A stretch of 64,000 nucleotides of DNA from contig JBEKFM010000009.1 of the NCBI GenBank assembly GCA_050013315.1, positions 148 through 64,147 of the forward strand, given 5' to 3'. Position 1 is the first letter of the stretch; every line of letters starts with the position of its first letter. Below, piece by piece: positions 26,937-37,898 of the stretch. The notes beneath the pieces are model-generated. The model searched no databases and was not told the DNA's origin. It saw nothing but the letters and a program-made list of their open reading frames with translations. The DNA is from Candidatus Bathyarchaeia archaeon (lineage in GTDB: Archaea; Thermoproteota; Bathyarchaeia; Bathyarchaeales; Bathycorpusculaceae). The position numbers and the translations under genes are program-made.

Positions 26937-28361
26937 ATGAGCCGGCATATTTACAAGCCTATGCTCGCAAGGGACGCCACTAAACCCTTTTCAGGTAAGG
27001 ATTGGGTTTTTGAGATTAAATGGGACGGCTTTCGAGCAATTGCCTATGTTGATGGAGAGCTTAGCTTAAAAAGTCGAAACGGAAAGGAGTTAAGCCAAAA
27101 TTTTCCAGAATTGGCAGAGCTAACACAATTAGCAAGTAACTTGGTTGTTGATGGCGAAATCGTTATTATGAGAGAAGGCAAACCTGACTTCCAAACTTTA
27201 CTAGAGCGGGGTCAAGCGGTTTCAGCAAGAGAAATCCAAAGGCAAGCCATGCGGGCATCATCAATCTACATTGTTTTTGACATTTTAGAAAAGGATGGAA
27301 AGGTGCTTACCAGTTTGCCGTTATTAGAGAGAAAAAGAATTTTGAGGGATTCATTAGGAGAAGGCAAAAATGTTTTGCTATCTGATTTTATTGAGGAGAA
27401 GGGCGAAGCCTATTTTCAATTGGTTTTAGATAAAGGCTTAGAAGGGGTAATGGCGAAGAAAAAGGATAGTTATTATGAAGAAGGTTTACGAACTGGGAGT
27501 TGGTTAAAGATTAAAAAACTTCGAACTTGCGACTGCGTAATTTTTGGTTTCACGAGAGGAGCAGATTCTAGAGAAAAGACTTTCGGCGCATTACTTTTGG
27601 GGCTATATGATACTGATAGTAAACCTATTTATGTCGGCAAGGTTGGGACAGGTTTCACTGAAGAGATGCTTGCGGTCTTAATTGATAAGTTTGGAAAACT
27701 AAAAACAGTTGTAGCTCCCTTCAAGCCAGAAGCTGGTGACGTGGTAACTTGGCTCGAGCCTAAACTGGTTTGTGAAGTTGCTTATCAAGTGGTAACGCGA
27801 GATAACAAACTAAGAATGCCACGTTTTAAACGCTTAAGAGACGATAAGTCGCCTGCCGAATGCACCTTCGATCAAATAATCGAAGATAAAAGACAGGTTA
27901 CAGATGTTGAGGATAAGCTTTCAGGATACGCCTTAAAACGCAATTTTGAAAAGACACCTGAGCCTAAGGGCGAAGAGAAAAAGGGCGGCAACTTAATTTT
28001 TGTGATCCAAGAGCATCACGCAAGGAGACTTCATTATGACCTAAGGCTTGAAAAGGGTGGTGTACTAAAAAGTTGGGCTGTTCCGAAAGGAGTGCCTGAA
28101 AGCGCTCTTCAGCGGCGTTTAGCGGTGGAAACGGAGGATCACCCTATCGAGTACGCTGATTTTGAAGGCTCAATTCCTGAGGGGCAGTATGGAGCAGGAA
28201 CGGTGAAAATTTGGGATAAAGGTCATTATGAAGCCAAATTTTGGGATGCCGACAAAATCGAGTTTGCACTTAACGGTCAGAGGCTCAAAGGACGCTATGT
28301 TCTGGTGCGTTTGAAGCGTGCTGGAGATAAGGATTGGCTTTTGCTGAAAGGGAAAGAATAA
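26937..28361 (+). CDS. ligD: ATP-dependent NHEJ ligase fused to a C-terminal 3'-phosphoesterase (PE) domain
   Basis: EIKWDGFR, DGEIV, EGVMAK, WLKIK; PE: TPEP, QEHHARRLHYDLRLE, SWAVPKG, EDHP.EY..FEG.IP.GQYGAG. Confidence 0.95.
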   Translation: MSRHIYKPMLARDATKPFSGKDWVFEIKWDGFRAIAYVDGELSLKSRNGKELSQNFPELAELTQLASNLVVDGEIVIMREGKPDFQTLLERGQAVSAREIQRQAMRASSIYIVFDILEKDGKVLTSLPLLERKRILRDSLGEGKNVLLSDFIEEKGEAYFQLVLDKGLEGVMAKKKDSYYEEGLRTGSWLKIKKLRTCDCVIFGFTRGADSREKTFGALLLGLYDTDSKPIYVGKVGTGFTEEMLAVLIDKFGKLKTVVAPFKPEAGDVVTWLEPKLVCEVAYQVVTRDNKLRMPRFKRLRDDKSPAECTFDQIIEDKRQVTDVEDKLSGYALKRNFEKTPEPKGEEKKGGNLIFVIQEHHARRLHYDLRLEKGGVLKSWAVPKGVPESALQRRLAVETEDHPIEYADFEGSIPEGQYGAGTVKIWDKGHYEAKFWDADKIEFALNGQRLKGRYVLVRLKRAGDKDWLLLKGKE

Positions 28362-28362
28362 A

Positions 28363-29106
28363 ATGGATAACCTTCATGTGGGTACGATAGGCTGGAGCTA
28401 CAGTTTTTGGAAAGGAAACTTTTACCCGAGCAAACTCGCTTCAAAAGGCTTCTTAGCTTACTACTCAACCAAGTTTAACACGGTTGAGGTAGATAGTACA
28501 TTCTATCGAATCCCAAACCAACAAACCATAACCAACTGGAAAGAGCAAACACCGGAGGGCTTCTTGTTCTCGCTCAAGTTTCCAAGAATCATTACCCACA
28601 TTAAGATGTTAAACGACTGCGAGGATGAAACCAACGCTTTTCTCGGTAAGGTTGCAATGTTAAAGGAAAAGCTCGGTTGCCTATTGCTTCAGTTTCCGCC
28701 TGCTTTTGGAATTGAGAAATTTTCTCTTTTGAGTGATTTTCTTGAGAACTTGCCAAAAGAGCACCATTATGTGGTGGAGATTAGAAATAAAGAATTGTTG
28801 AATGAGGGTCTTTATTCTCTCCTGAAAAATCAAAATGCAACTTTGGCATGGATTGATAGTCCTATCATGCCTCAAACTGACATAGTAACCTCTGATTTTT
28901 TGTATGTTAGATGGGAGGGAGATCGAATAAAAGTCAAAGGCGTGCTGGGCAAGATAGAAGTTAATAAGGAAGCGAACACGCGGTTATGGGCAAACAAAAT
29001 AACGCCTTTCTTAGGCAAGCAAATGGAGGTTTTCGGTTACTTCGGCAAATATTATTCAGGTTATCCTCCTTCGGACACAAATTCACTTTTAAGTCTTTTA
29101 ACGTAA
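28363..29106 (+). CDS. DUF72 (YecE-like) protein
   Basis: GTIGWSY..W...FYP, VEVDSTFY, LLQFPP, VEIR, YVRW. Confidence 0.9.
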   Translation: MDNLHVGTIGWSYSFWKGNFYPSKLASKGFLAYYSTKFNTVEVDSTFYRIPNQQTITNWKEQTPEGFLFSLKFPRIITHIKMLNDCEDETNAFLGKVAMLKEKLGCLLLQFPPAFGIEKFSLLSDFLENLPKEHHYVVEIRNKELLNEGLYSLLKNQNATLAWIDSPIMPQTDIVTSDFLYVRWEGDRIKVKGVLGKIEVNKEANTRLWANKITPFLGKQMEVFGYFGKYYSGYPPSDTNSLLSLLT

Positions 29107-29182
29107 GATTATTTTAGACCTAACAAAGAGAATTAGGTAAGAGAAAAGGTGAGGCAAAATAGACATTGAAAGGCTGTTTGAG

Positions 29183-29656
29183 TTGGCAAGCCCATATCTA
29201 GAAAAAAATGATTTCGGGGTAGGACACACCAAAATGGTCTTTGATATAGCCAAAAACTTTTCTGCCAAACAAGAATTTCAAGAACTAACGTTCGCTTCGA
29301 TAATTTTGCATGACATCGGCGGAAGCAGAATAAAAGAACAGTACGAAAAAGGTCCGCAAATAGCAACGATCGTTCTGGAAAAACTAGGCTGCCCTGCGGA
29401 TTTCATTAAGCAAGTTTGCGAAATTATAAGCACTCACCATGAGCACCCAGATAACCCTTCAGAGCCCTTTAGAATTCTCTATGATTCAGACAAAATAGTC
29501 ATGTTTTCAAAAGAAGAGTATCCATACTATAATTCGCGAAAGGACTTTGATTGGAACAAGATAGTGGCTTTAATATATTCCAAACAAGGAAAACAATTAG
29601 CGAAAGAATCACTGACGCAAAGAAGAAAAGAACAAAATATGGCTGTTCTTAGATAA
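29183..29656 (+). CDS. HD-domain protein
   Basis: HT...LHDIG...HH...DSD. Confidence 0.8.
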   Translation: MASPYLEKNDFGVGHTKMVFDIAKNFSAKQEFQELTFASIILHDIGGSRIKEQYEKGPQIATIVLEKLGCPADFIKQVCEIISTHHEHPDNPSEPFRILYDSDKIVMFSKEEYPYYNSRKDFDWNKIVALIYSKQGKQLAKESLTQRRKEQNMAVLR

Positions 29657-29665
29657 CTCAAATGG

Positions 29666-30289
29666 GTGAGACTTGTGTTTTTTAAACAAATCCAACAGCA
29701 CGGCGACAACTTCTCATACATCATAGCAGACGAAAATACTAAAGAAGCAGCAGTGATAGACTCAAGCTTTAACGCCAGCGCAATAATAGAGATTCTTAAA
29801 AATAAAAAATTCAAATTAAAATACATCATTAACACGCATGGTCACTCCGACCACACCGCTGGCAACCATGAATTAAGCTCTATTTTCGGAGCAAAAATTG
29901 TGGCACATAAACTATCAAAGGTTAACCTTAGTATTGCGGTTGATGATGGCGACGTATTGGCTGTTGGCAAAGTTTCAATAAAGATAATCTATACGCCTGG
30001 GCACACTATTGACAGTATTTGCCTGCTAGTGGACGACAGGAAACTCTTGACTGGTGACACGTTATTTGTTGGCGAATGCGGAAGAACGGACTTGCCCGGT
30101 GGCAGCACCAAAAGCATGTACAACAGCTTATTCAATAGGCTTTCAAAACTAAACGATACGGTGGAAGTTTACCCAGGGCACGATTATGGGCTGAGGCCTT
30201 CGTCAACTATTGGCGAAGAAAAAAAGTCAAATTATACTTTGCAGCCAAGAAGCCTTGAAGATTTTATCGAGTTTATGAAGGAATCTTAG
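29666..30289 (+). CDS. MBL-fold hydrolase (glyoxalase II/ETHE1-like)
   Basis: THGHSDH, TPGHT, TGDTLF, GRTDLPGG, PGHDYG. Confidence 0.92.
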   Translation: MRLVFFKQIQQHGDNFSYIIADENTKEAAVIDSSFNASAIIEILKNKKFKLKYIINTHGHSDHTAGNHELSSIFGAKIVAHKLSKVNLSIAVDDGDVLAVGKVSIKIIYTPGHTIDSICLLVDDRKLLTGDTLFVGECGRTDLPGGSTKSMYNSLFNRLSKLNDTVEVYPGHDYGLRPSSTIGEEKKSNYTLQPRSLEDFIEFMKES

Positions 30290-30738
30290 GTACATACTTT
30301 TTTTGGGAATTACTGCTATGATCATCAAAACCGAAATCTATGAAGTAAACCAGTTTTCTCTTGCTATTGAGGGAGGACACACTTTAGCACTGACCACGTT
30401 TATGAATATGAGTTTGAGCTTGAATTTCCTTTTTATTTTTAAAAACTGTTCTACAGTTTAAAGTAAATAGGGTTTATTTAGATACGTTTTTATTGTGTTC
30501 TAAACTATGGGTTTAATAGTCTATAAATAGTCTAGGTGAATAAAACTTAAAAGTTTAAATTGAGATATGTGTGCTGTAATGAAAATGCTTTCGTGTCCTC
30601 TTGTGAAAACTATACTGGTAAAGTTTAAGGCTATTGTTGGCGAGTGGTTTAGCGCCTTGTCAAAGGTAAGTCTTGCAACTCAGCGTCTCAAAAATATTTT
30701 TCCGACTTCCGGAGTAACGTCAATTTGGGCTGGATATA

Positions 30739-31956
30739 ATGATAATTTTTGACATCTTTTCAATTGTTCTGCTTTCAATTTTGCTTTTTTGGACAGCGTA
30801 CAATGGCACCATTATATTGGCCGGTGCAAGAAGTAAACGCAAGCATACTCCAATTGATGATGAAAGCGGGGAATTTCCAAAATTTTCAATTATAGTGCCA
30901 ACTAAGAACGAAGAAACGGTTATTGGTCGCTGTTTAAGCAGTCTTCTGGATTTAGATTATCCAAAAGATAAAATGGAAATAATAATCGTAGATGGAAATT
31001 CCAGCGATTCTACAGTTAAAATATGCTCAGAATTTTCTGCGAAATACCCTCAGAGTTTCAAGATTATTACTGAAAAAGAATCCAAAGGCAAGCCAGCAGC
31101 TTTGAACCTTGCCCTGCCTCAAGTAACGGGGGAAATCGTGGGGACTTTTGATGCGGATAGTCTTCCGGAAAAAGAAGTCCTAAGAAAAGCTGCATCATGC
31201 TTCAACGATAAGCAAGTAATGGCTGTTCAAGGCAGAACTACTTCGCTAAACGAGAAAAGTAACATTTTAACAAGGGTTGCAGCGATGGAAGAGAAAGCTT
31301 GGTACCAAGCTTTACTTAATGGAAGAGAAAAGCTGCAACTATTCGTTCCATTAAATGGAAGTTGCCAGTTCTTAAGACGCAACGTGCTAGAAGAGTTAGG
31401 CGGCTGGGAAGAAACTGCTCTTACAGAAGATATTGAATTAGCAGTAAGACTCGTTGAAAAAAGCTATCTAATAAAATATTCACCTGACGTTTGTTCAGGA
31501 CAGGAAACACCGAATGGTTTAGGCGATCTGGTCAAGCAACGTGTTCGCTGGTATAGAGGATACATGGATGTGGCCCTAAAATATGGGCGCCTTCTTGATA
31601 ACCTTAATATGAAAACTGTGGATGCAGAAATCTCGCTCGCAGGACCCTTTATGATGGTTGTATCATTGCTTAGCTACATAAACTGGTTTTTTGTCGCGTT
31701 ATTCCTGTCCGAAAGCAACCCAATAATAGAATTTACTGGGATAGTGATAGCTTTAACGGCTGTTTCCTTATTCACAATTGGCTTTGCGTTAACCGCATCA
31801 GAGAAGCCTATTAAGCTTCGCAACCTTCTCTGGGCTCCCTCAATCTACGTTTACTGGCTTCTTCAGATGTGTATTGCTAGTTGGGCTTTTCTAAAACTAG
31901 TGTTTAGACGAAAAAGGGTTTGGAGTAAAACAGCTAAAAAGGGATTCATAACTTAA
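30739..31956 (+). CDS. Processive GT2 glycosyltransferase (cellulose synthase-like)
   Basis: GKPAALN, FDAD, LTED, QRVRW. Confidence 0.92.
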   Translation: MIIFDIFSIVLLSILLFWTAYNGTIILAGARSKRKHTPIDDESGEFPKFSIIVPTKNEETVIGRCLSSLLDLDYPKDKMEIIIVDGNSSDSTVKICSEFSAKYPQSFKIITEKESKGKPAALNLALPQVTGEIVGTFDADSLPEKEVLRKAASCFNDKQVMAVQGRTTSLNEKSNILTRVAAMEEKAWYQALLNGREKLQLFVPLNGSCQFLRRNVLEELGGWEETALTEDIELAVRLVEKSYLIKYSPDVCSGQETPNGLGDLVKQRVRWYRGYMDVALKYGRLLDNLNMKTVDAEISLAGPFMMVVSLLSYINWFFVALFLSESNPIIEFTGIVIALTAVSLFTIGFALTASEKPIKLRNLLWAPSIYVYWLLQMCIASWAFLKLVFRRKRVWSKTAKKGFIT

Positions 31957-32070
31957 AACTTGGCGGCCAACTATCCTTTTTTATATACATAAAAATTGAT
32001 AAGAATATTAAAAACAATTAATCATATCAAATTTTTTACTATAGTTTTAAATTGAACCTTTGCTTATTCA

Positions 32071-33660
32071 TTGTTCGTTGTTTCCACCGATGAGGTGGTT
32101 AGCTCATTGGAGAGAGGAATCATCACTTGTTTAAGACGATACAATCCTGTTATGGTGACGCAAAGGTTGGTTAAGTACAAAAGAATTCGCTCTCTTCTTT
32201 GTCTCAGTTTTGTTTCTTTGCAGGCTTCTCTTGAGGCTGAAGGTAAAAAAGGCTTTTTCAGGCAGAATCGTTGGCGGTTTAGCAAGAAGGCAAAGGGTCT
32301 GATAGTTTTTGCTATTATAACCGTTATGTTGGTTTCTTTTTTTGCATTTTTGCCAAGAGGAAACCAAAGTACGCCTAGGACGTCTATTACGCCGCAAAGT
32401 AGTGATAGCCCAACAGCTTCGCCATCGGCCACCCCTCAAGGGACCAATAATCAACCTGGCAAATCTAACCCGGCTTCAGGTGTTGGCCAATTTATCGGTG
32501 ATTTGGCGGGAAGTATTGCGCAAGCTTTTGTACCGCCTAAGACTAATTTAATTGAGTCCAATCAACCCGTAAATAGTAGCGTTTGGTGGGCGGTGGCTGA
32601 GGATGCTTGGCAAGAGTTCCAGACTGGCAAAGGTGTAGATTTCAACACAGGGCTTCCTTATCCCTACTTTACGGATTGGGATTTGGGTGTTTATATTCAA
32701 GCTGTTATTGATGCGCAGCAAATAGGTTTGATAAACGCTAATGGTACTTGGGGCGCTTATGACAGGCTCAATAAAGTTTTAACGTGGCTGGAAACTCGGG
32801 AACTTAATGCCACTACTAATTATCCATATTGGTTTTACGAGGGAATTGACGGAAAAGACTATCTTGCAATGTCAGATTTGTCAATGGAGACAGTTGACGT
32901 TGTTGATACGGGGAGACTGTTTGTTGCTCTCAACAATCTTAGAACTTATGACCCTAGCTTTGCACTGCGCGTAAATAACTTAGTTTACAATGTTTACGAT
33001 AACAGATCAGATTATGCTGCTTTAGTGCCTAGCATAGAGAGTGATAGCCTTACTTCGACTAGTATTTATGCTTACTATATTTATAGCGGTTTTGCCAGCT
33101 TTTGGCCTGTGAATCTTTCTAATGCTCCGAGTACAATATTGAACAATATTTTTTCAGCTGGAAATGTTTCCACTTATGGTGTTTCGTTGCCTAAAGCAGC
33201 AATTACAGGTGACCCGTTGCTTTGTTCAGTTTTTGAGCTTAATAATACTGACTCTAGATTGATGGCTTTGGCGAATCAGGTTTATCTGGCTACTGAGACG
33301 TGTTATAATGTTACTGGTCAATATCGAGCTTTTAGTGAAGGGCCTTCTCCTTCAGGTCAGTGGGCGTATGAATGGGTAGTTTACCCTGATGGTCGAACTT
33401 GGGTTGTTCTGAATGAAGATGGTTCAGATTTTAATATCAGTCCTGTAATTTATACAAAAGTAGCAATAAGCTTCCTTGCTATTTATAACACAACCTTTGC
33501 CACGAACATGGTTGTTAATCTTGAGAATGCTCTTCCTGAGCCTTCAAACGGATATTATGATGGTGTTGATGCATCTGGAACAGTACTTAATACCGTTGGT
33601 CTCAATACAAACGGTTTGATTATAGATGCCGCAACATACGCTATACAGAACAATCCATAG
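32071..33660 (+). CDS. Membrane-anchored DUF3131-like (alpha/alpha)6 glycosidase-fold protein (start uncertain)
   Basis: TM + Ser/Pro/Thr linker; TDWDLGVYI, DTGRL, NTNGLI motifs. Confidence 0.65.
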   Translation: MFVVSTDEVVSSLERGIITCLRRYNPVMVTQRLVKYKRIRSLLCLSFVSLQASLEAEGKKGFFRQNRWRFSKKAKGLIVFAIITVMLVSFFAFLPRGNQSTPRTSITPQSSDSPTASPSATPQGTNNQPGKSNPASGVGQFIGDLAGSIAQAFVPPKTNLIESNQPVNSSVWWAVAEDAWQEFQTGKGVDFNTGLPYPYFTDWDLGVYIQAVIDAQQIGLINANGTWGAYDRLNKVLTWLETRELNATTNYPYWFYEGIDGKDYLAMSDLSMETVDVVDTGRLFVALNNLRTYDPSFALRVNNLVYNVYDNRSDYAALVPSIESDSLTSTSIYAYYIYSGFASFWPVNLSNAPSTILNNIFSAGNVSTYGVSLPKAAITGDPLLCSVFELNNTDSRLMALANQVYLATETCYNVTGQYRAFSEGPSPSGQWAYEWVVYPDGRTWVVLNEDGSDFNISPVIYTKVAISFLAIYNTTFATNMVVNLENALPEPSNGYYDGVDASGTVLNTVGLNTNGLIIDAATYAIQNNP

Positions 33661-33825
33661 CACATAGATTAAGTGAAATCTAAGCAACTGGTTGACCACT
33701 TTTTAATTCTGGCGCTTTTTTACAAAAAATCTATCCATCACCTTTAGATGTGCAAGGCATTTAGGGTGGCAATCAAAGTTTAATAATTTAAGTCTATAAA
33801 ATATTATAGATTTGGAGAATAAAAA

Positions 33826-35346
33826 GTGATTAATGTTCATTATCGTAATCCTGTAAAGGATTGGATTAGTCGCCATCGGAATTTTATTTTTGCTTTTCTG
33901 GCTTTCGCTGTACCATTGGTTGTGAGGTCTATTCCCGAGATTTTAATGGGTCCTTACATTTTAGGTTTCGATACATTGGGATTTTATGTTCCAAACACTC
34001 TGCTATGGCTACATAATGGCATAAACTTATGGAGCTACCTCGCAATTGCTCCGCTATTCTACACGATTTTTATGTCAATAGTTGCTGCTGGCGGATCTCC
34101 GATTTTGGTGCTTAAGATAATTCCAGCGTTGCTTCTCGGTTTCTTAGGGCTATCCATATTTGCATTTGCAAAGAGAGGCTTGGGCTGGTCGTATCCTAAA
34201 AGTTCGTTTGTTGCTCTTTTAGGGACGGTTTATTTTGTGGCTTTAAGAGCCTCTTGGGATCAACTTCGAGAAGAGCTTGGTTTGACTTTCTTTTTTGTTG
34301 TCCTTATGTTGCTTATCAATAGGAAGAGCGGTTCGCGGAAACATTACGTTGTTCTTTCTTTAGGAATGATGGCCGTGGTGTTATCTCATCAACTTGTATC
34401 GGTCCTTATGTTCGGGGCTATCATTTTTACGGTTGCCTATGACTTGTTCCGAAAAGATTTCAATGAATCAATTGATTTGATTGTAGTTTCTTTACCTGCG
34501 GCGCTTTATTTTGTAATCGTTTATTTGAGCGGTGTGGCGCAGTCTGGCATTCTTGGCTACTCAAATGTTGCGTCACCTTTGGCTACTTGGACTGGTTTTA
34601 TTTCTTATCAATCTATGCTGATAAGCGAAGGGGGTTTCTTCTTGTATTGTTTCTTACTTCTACTTCCCTTGGTGGCGGTAAGTCTTTGGCGATTTAGCAA
34701 TCTTCAACTCAGATCTTGGCTTCTCTTGAGCTTGATCTTGTTGTTTATTCCACTCTCTTCTGTGAGCCCCTATCGTTGGATCCTATTACTTACGTACCCC
34801 CTTGCATTTTACGCAACGGATGCTCTAAGCAGACTCAAATCAATTAAATGGAAACATTTCAAGATTACTGTTCGCAGAATTGCGATATTATACCTCGTTT
34901 TATCAACGGCTATTCTAAGCTTCGGCTTCATATTTATGAATTCGGAAAACCCCTTCTTCTACTTTAATCCGGAGCATTTCAACAATTATGTATATCAGAT
35001 CCCAACTTCAATGCTGCAGAATACGATATCGATAACTGACTGCCATGACGCAGTCAACGCACTGCAATGGTTCAAAGAAAACGTTAATAGCAATGCGCTC
35101 TTGCTTACGCATACAGTGTTTTATGGTTGGGCATTGTTGACACTTAATTATAATCAGGTCAGAAACTACGAATTTGGCGACCCTATCAATGCGGCAACGG
35201 TGGCTGCTCAAGAAGGGTATACCAAAATATACCTTATATGGTGGGTAGATGGACAAGGGTGGTATGGGCAACCTACTGTATCCTCGTCATTTCACGAAGT
35301 CTATCAAAGCGGAAAAATCGCCATTTATAGCTATGCTTCAAATTAA
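33826..35346 (+). CDS. Multi-pass membrane protein, GT-C-like
   Basis: GFDT loop, many TMs, C-terminal soluble domain. Confidence 0.75.
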   Translation: MINVHYRNPVKDWISRHRNFIFAFLAFAVPLVVRSIPEILMGPYILGFDTLGFYVPNTLLWLHNGINLWSYLAIAPLFYTIFMSIVAAGGSPILVLKIIPALLLGFLGLSIFAFAKRGLGWSYPKSSFVALLGTVYFVALRASWDQLREELGLTFFFVVLMLLINRKSGSRKHYVVLSLGMMAVVLSHQLVSVLMFGAIIFTVAYDLFRKDFNESIDLIVVSLPAALYFVIVYLSGVAQSGILGYSNVASPLATWTGFISYQSMLISEGGFFLYCFLLLLPLVAVSLWRFSNLQLRSWLLLSLILLFIPLSSVSPYRWILLLTYPLAFYATDALSRLKSIKWKHFKITVRRIAILYLVLSTAILSFGFIFMNSENPFFYFNPEHFNNYVYQIPTSMLQNTISITDCHDAVNALQWFKENVNSNALLLTHTVFYGWALLTLNYNQVRNYEFGDPINAATVAAQEGYTKIYLIWWVDGQGWYGQPTVSSSFHEVYQSGKIAIYSYASN

Positions 35347-35579
35347 CTAATGGTCGAACCGGATAATCCCCAGATTCTCCTGGACCAAATCGCTCAAAAA
35401 TGCGGTTGACTTGTGGAAGAAGTATGCAATTGATATCACCAGTTAACTTCTCTCTAAAAGGTATATCATGCAACTGCTTGATGCCCTTAGGGATTCTTCA
35501 AGGTGGTTGGTACTATGCTGAACTACAGTTCGGCTTTAAGCGACCTTACATCAAAGCTTCATTCAATCGTTTGGTCTCG

Positions 35580-35870
35580 AGAAAGGGTAATTTGATTTTT
35601 CTGCCATTAAGCATATCAAGCCCAAGTGTGGCTATTTTCATTCCCCCAAAGTAAAGAATTAGAAGCCAAAAAGATGTTGCGGTAATTAATCCAGGAATTT
35701 GTCCGGAAACCACAACTGAGGCTCAGCCACCTGGCGGTTATGGAAACGTTAGTTAAACCAAAGTGTCCGTTTGAAACGCCGCCGCTTAAGAGAGCCGCCA
35801 TTTCATAGATGGAGAAGACGATTATGATTAATCCTGCGACTAGTATAGAGTACCCAACCTATTTTTCATC
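35580..35870 (-). pseudogene. Degraded membrane-protein gene
   Basis: VGYSILVAGLIIIVFS... continues across a stop and frameshifts to GLITATSFWLLILYFGGMKIATLG. Confidence 0.4.
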
Positions 35871-36348
35871 CTGATTTAGCAGTGAACCTGCAAAGGATTC
35901 TTCTTTTCTTGTTCAGTGTGCGAGAACGAACAAGACAGCTGTCACAATGACTGCCACCAAGACGGTTAGGCCAATTTCAATGCGCGTGGTGGCGGCATCC
36001 ATATTCGATCACTGATAGTCTTAGGTATTAGCGTAATTATCAATCGTAAAGTCTACTTCGTTAGATAATTGTTTTGCTTTTCTGACGCACCATAAATTTA
36101 TGATTAGTTTGACATGGCGAACGCGACGATTGTTAGTTGCCGTACCCTAATCATTAATGCTGGATAATCACGCGTGTTAGTTCTAACGGCAATTGTGATT
36201 TTTGTTTGTTTTGTCTCAATTTGGTCTTTGATCCCATAAATAGGCTTTTATCTTAATTTTGAGAGGCGTCCAATTTTCACCCTAAATGCGCAATTCATAA
36301 ATATCATAAAACAAATGTTGGTAAAAACGGAATGAGAATGGAAACATA

Positions 36349-36744
36349 ATGTCCAAGGGTGTACCTAATAACTCTGCTTTCTGTTTCCTTGATAAAAAAC
36401 AACTGGTTAGTCTGAAAAGTAAAGCTATGCGTTCTGGTGCATGGTTTAAAGCGTTGCAAAGAATAGACCGAGTGCTTTTTGATTTGACAATAAGAGTTGT
36501 AGATACAATTCGGAGTGCAAAGTTGGCAAAGAGTATCGCTATGCTCACAAGGAAGCTGGAATGTGTTAAGAAAAGCAGCTGTTCCAGTCGTTTGAGGGAT
36601 ATTGGTATGCCTCTGGCTCAAAAAATCAGTTTCACGGCTCAGAGGTTAGGAAATATTTCTGCTTGTGGTTGGATATTTGATTCTTCATTCGCAGTCTTTC
36701 TAGCTGTGATGCATATTAATAATGTTAAAATGTTCAAACGGTAA
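36349..36744 (+). CDS. Hypothetical protein
   Basis: 131-aa basic ORF (KAMRSGAWFKALQRIDR). Confidence 0.65.
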   Translation: MSKGVPNNSAFCFLDKKQLVSLKSKAMRSGAWFKALQRIDRVLFDLTIRVVDTIRSAKLAKSIAMLTRKLECVKKSSCSSRLRDIGMPLAQKISFTAQRLGNISACGWIFDSSFAVFLAVMHINNVKMFKR

Positions 36745-36870
36745 ATTCAATCCCTCTATTGTGTTGTCTGTCTTTAAGGTACTGCATCAAATATGTGTCC
36801 AAGATTATGGCACAAAGGTTAATTTCTAAGTACCTATTAACATAGAAGGACTCAGTAGTGTGTTTACAAC

Positions 36871-37125
36871 ATGACCCAAAATGGCTTTGACAATATTAGG
36901 ATTAAAGTCAAAGTGTGCGTTAAAGAGAATTGGGGCTCTCCCTTTATTGTTGGGTTTATGTTGTTTTTGATTGTTGCCGCTGGTTCCTTGTCTGTTGGTT
37001 GGTCTTCCATAGCTGATACTGCAGCTGTTTACGCGTATTATGCGTTGGTCGCTGGGGTTTTTCTCCAACTTGCCTGCTTTCTAAAATATCGCGGGAAAAG
37101 TGATGGTGATGAGGTGGCTGTTTAA
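36871..37125 (+). CDS. Small membrane protein
   Basis: Two TMs; stop overlaps the next ATG. Confidence 0.7.
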   Translation: MTQNGFDNIRIKVKVCVKENWGSPFIVGFMLFLIVAAGSLSVGWSSIADTAAVYAYYALVAGVFLQLACFLKYRGKSDGDEVAV

Positions 37126-37898
37126 TGGGTCAAGTTGCGTTATCCTTTGTAGTTCCTGCTTATAATGAAGAAGACTTTATTGAAGATACTCTTGGTTCGC
37201 TTGAAGCAGTTATAAAAGGCAAGAATTTGCCTTATGAAATTGTTGTGGTTGACGATGGTAGCCTTGACGGAACCTTGGCTAAAGTGATTAGATACGCGAA
37301 AACAAACGGGCACGTTAAAGTGGTCAGTTATGCTAATAACATCGGAAAGGGACATGCAGTAAAGACTGGTTTCATGCAAACCAGCGGGGACATAGTCGTT
37401 TTTGCAGATAGCGACATGGAGATTGGTTTGAGCACGATTTCGTGTTATCTTGCTGCTTTAGAACGTGGGGATATTGTTATTGCTTCTAAACGTCATGCGG
37501 ATTCTCGAGTAGAAGTACCCTTATCCCGCAGGATTCTAAGCCTCTGCTTTAACGGTTTAGTTCGGCTTCTGACTGGAGTTCCTGTTAATGATACTCAATC
37601 TGGGCTTAAAGCAATGAGGAAGAGTGCGTTCATCGACATTTTCCCCAGGTTGGCTGTTAAACGTTACGCTTTTGATGTCGAATTATTGGCTGTAGCACAT
37701 CTTTGTGGTTTGAAAGTTGTGGAGATGCCTGTGGACATCAAGTTGGATGCTGCATTTAAGCCAAAAGAAATGTGGCATATGTTTGTTGATTTGCTTGGAA
37801 TAACGTATAGGCTTAGAGTGCTTCATTGGTATCAGCGCCTGCTTCCCGAGAAAAACGGTTTTCAAAACATGGTTTCATTTGTTCTTCGTGAACCTTAA
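37125..37898 (+). CDS. GT2, dolichyl-phosphate sugar synthase-like
   Basis: VPAYNEE, DDGS.D, GKGHAV, DSD, DTQSGLK, FDVELL. Confidence 0.92.
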   Translation: MGQVALSFVVPAYNEEDFIEDTLGSLEAVIKGKNLPYEIVVVDDGSLDGTLAKVIRYAKTNGHVKVVSYANNIGKGHAVKTGFMQTSGDIVVFADSDMEIGLSTISCYLAALERGDIVIASKRHADSRVEVPLSRRILSLCFNGLVRLLTGVPVNDTQSGLKAMRKSAFIDIFPRLAVKRYAFDVELLAVAHLCGLKVVEMPVDIKLDAAFKPKEMWHMFVDLLGITYRLRVLHWYQRLLPEKNGFQNMVSFVLREP

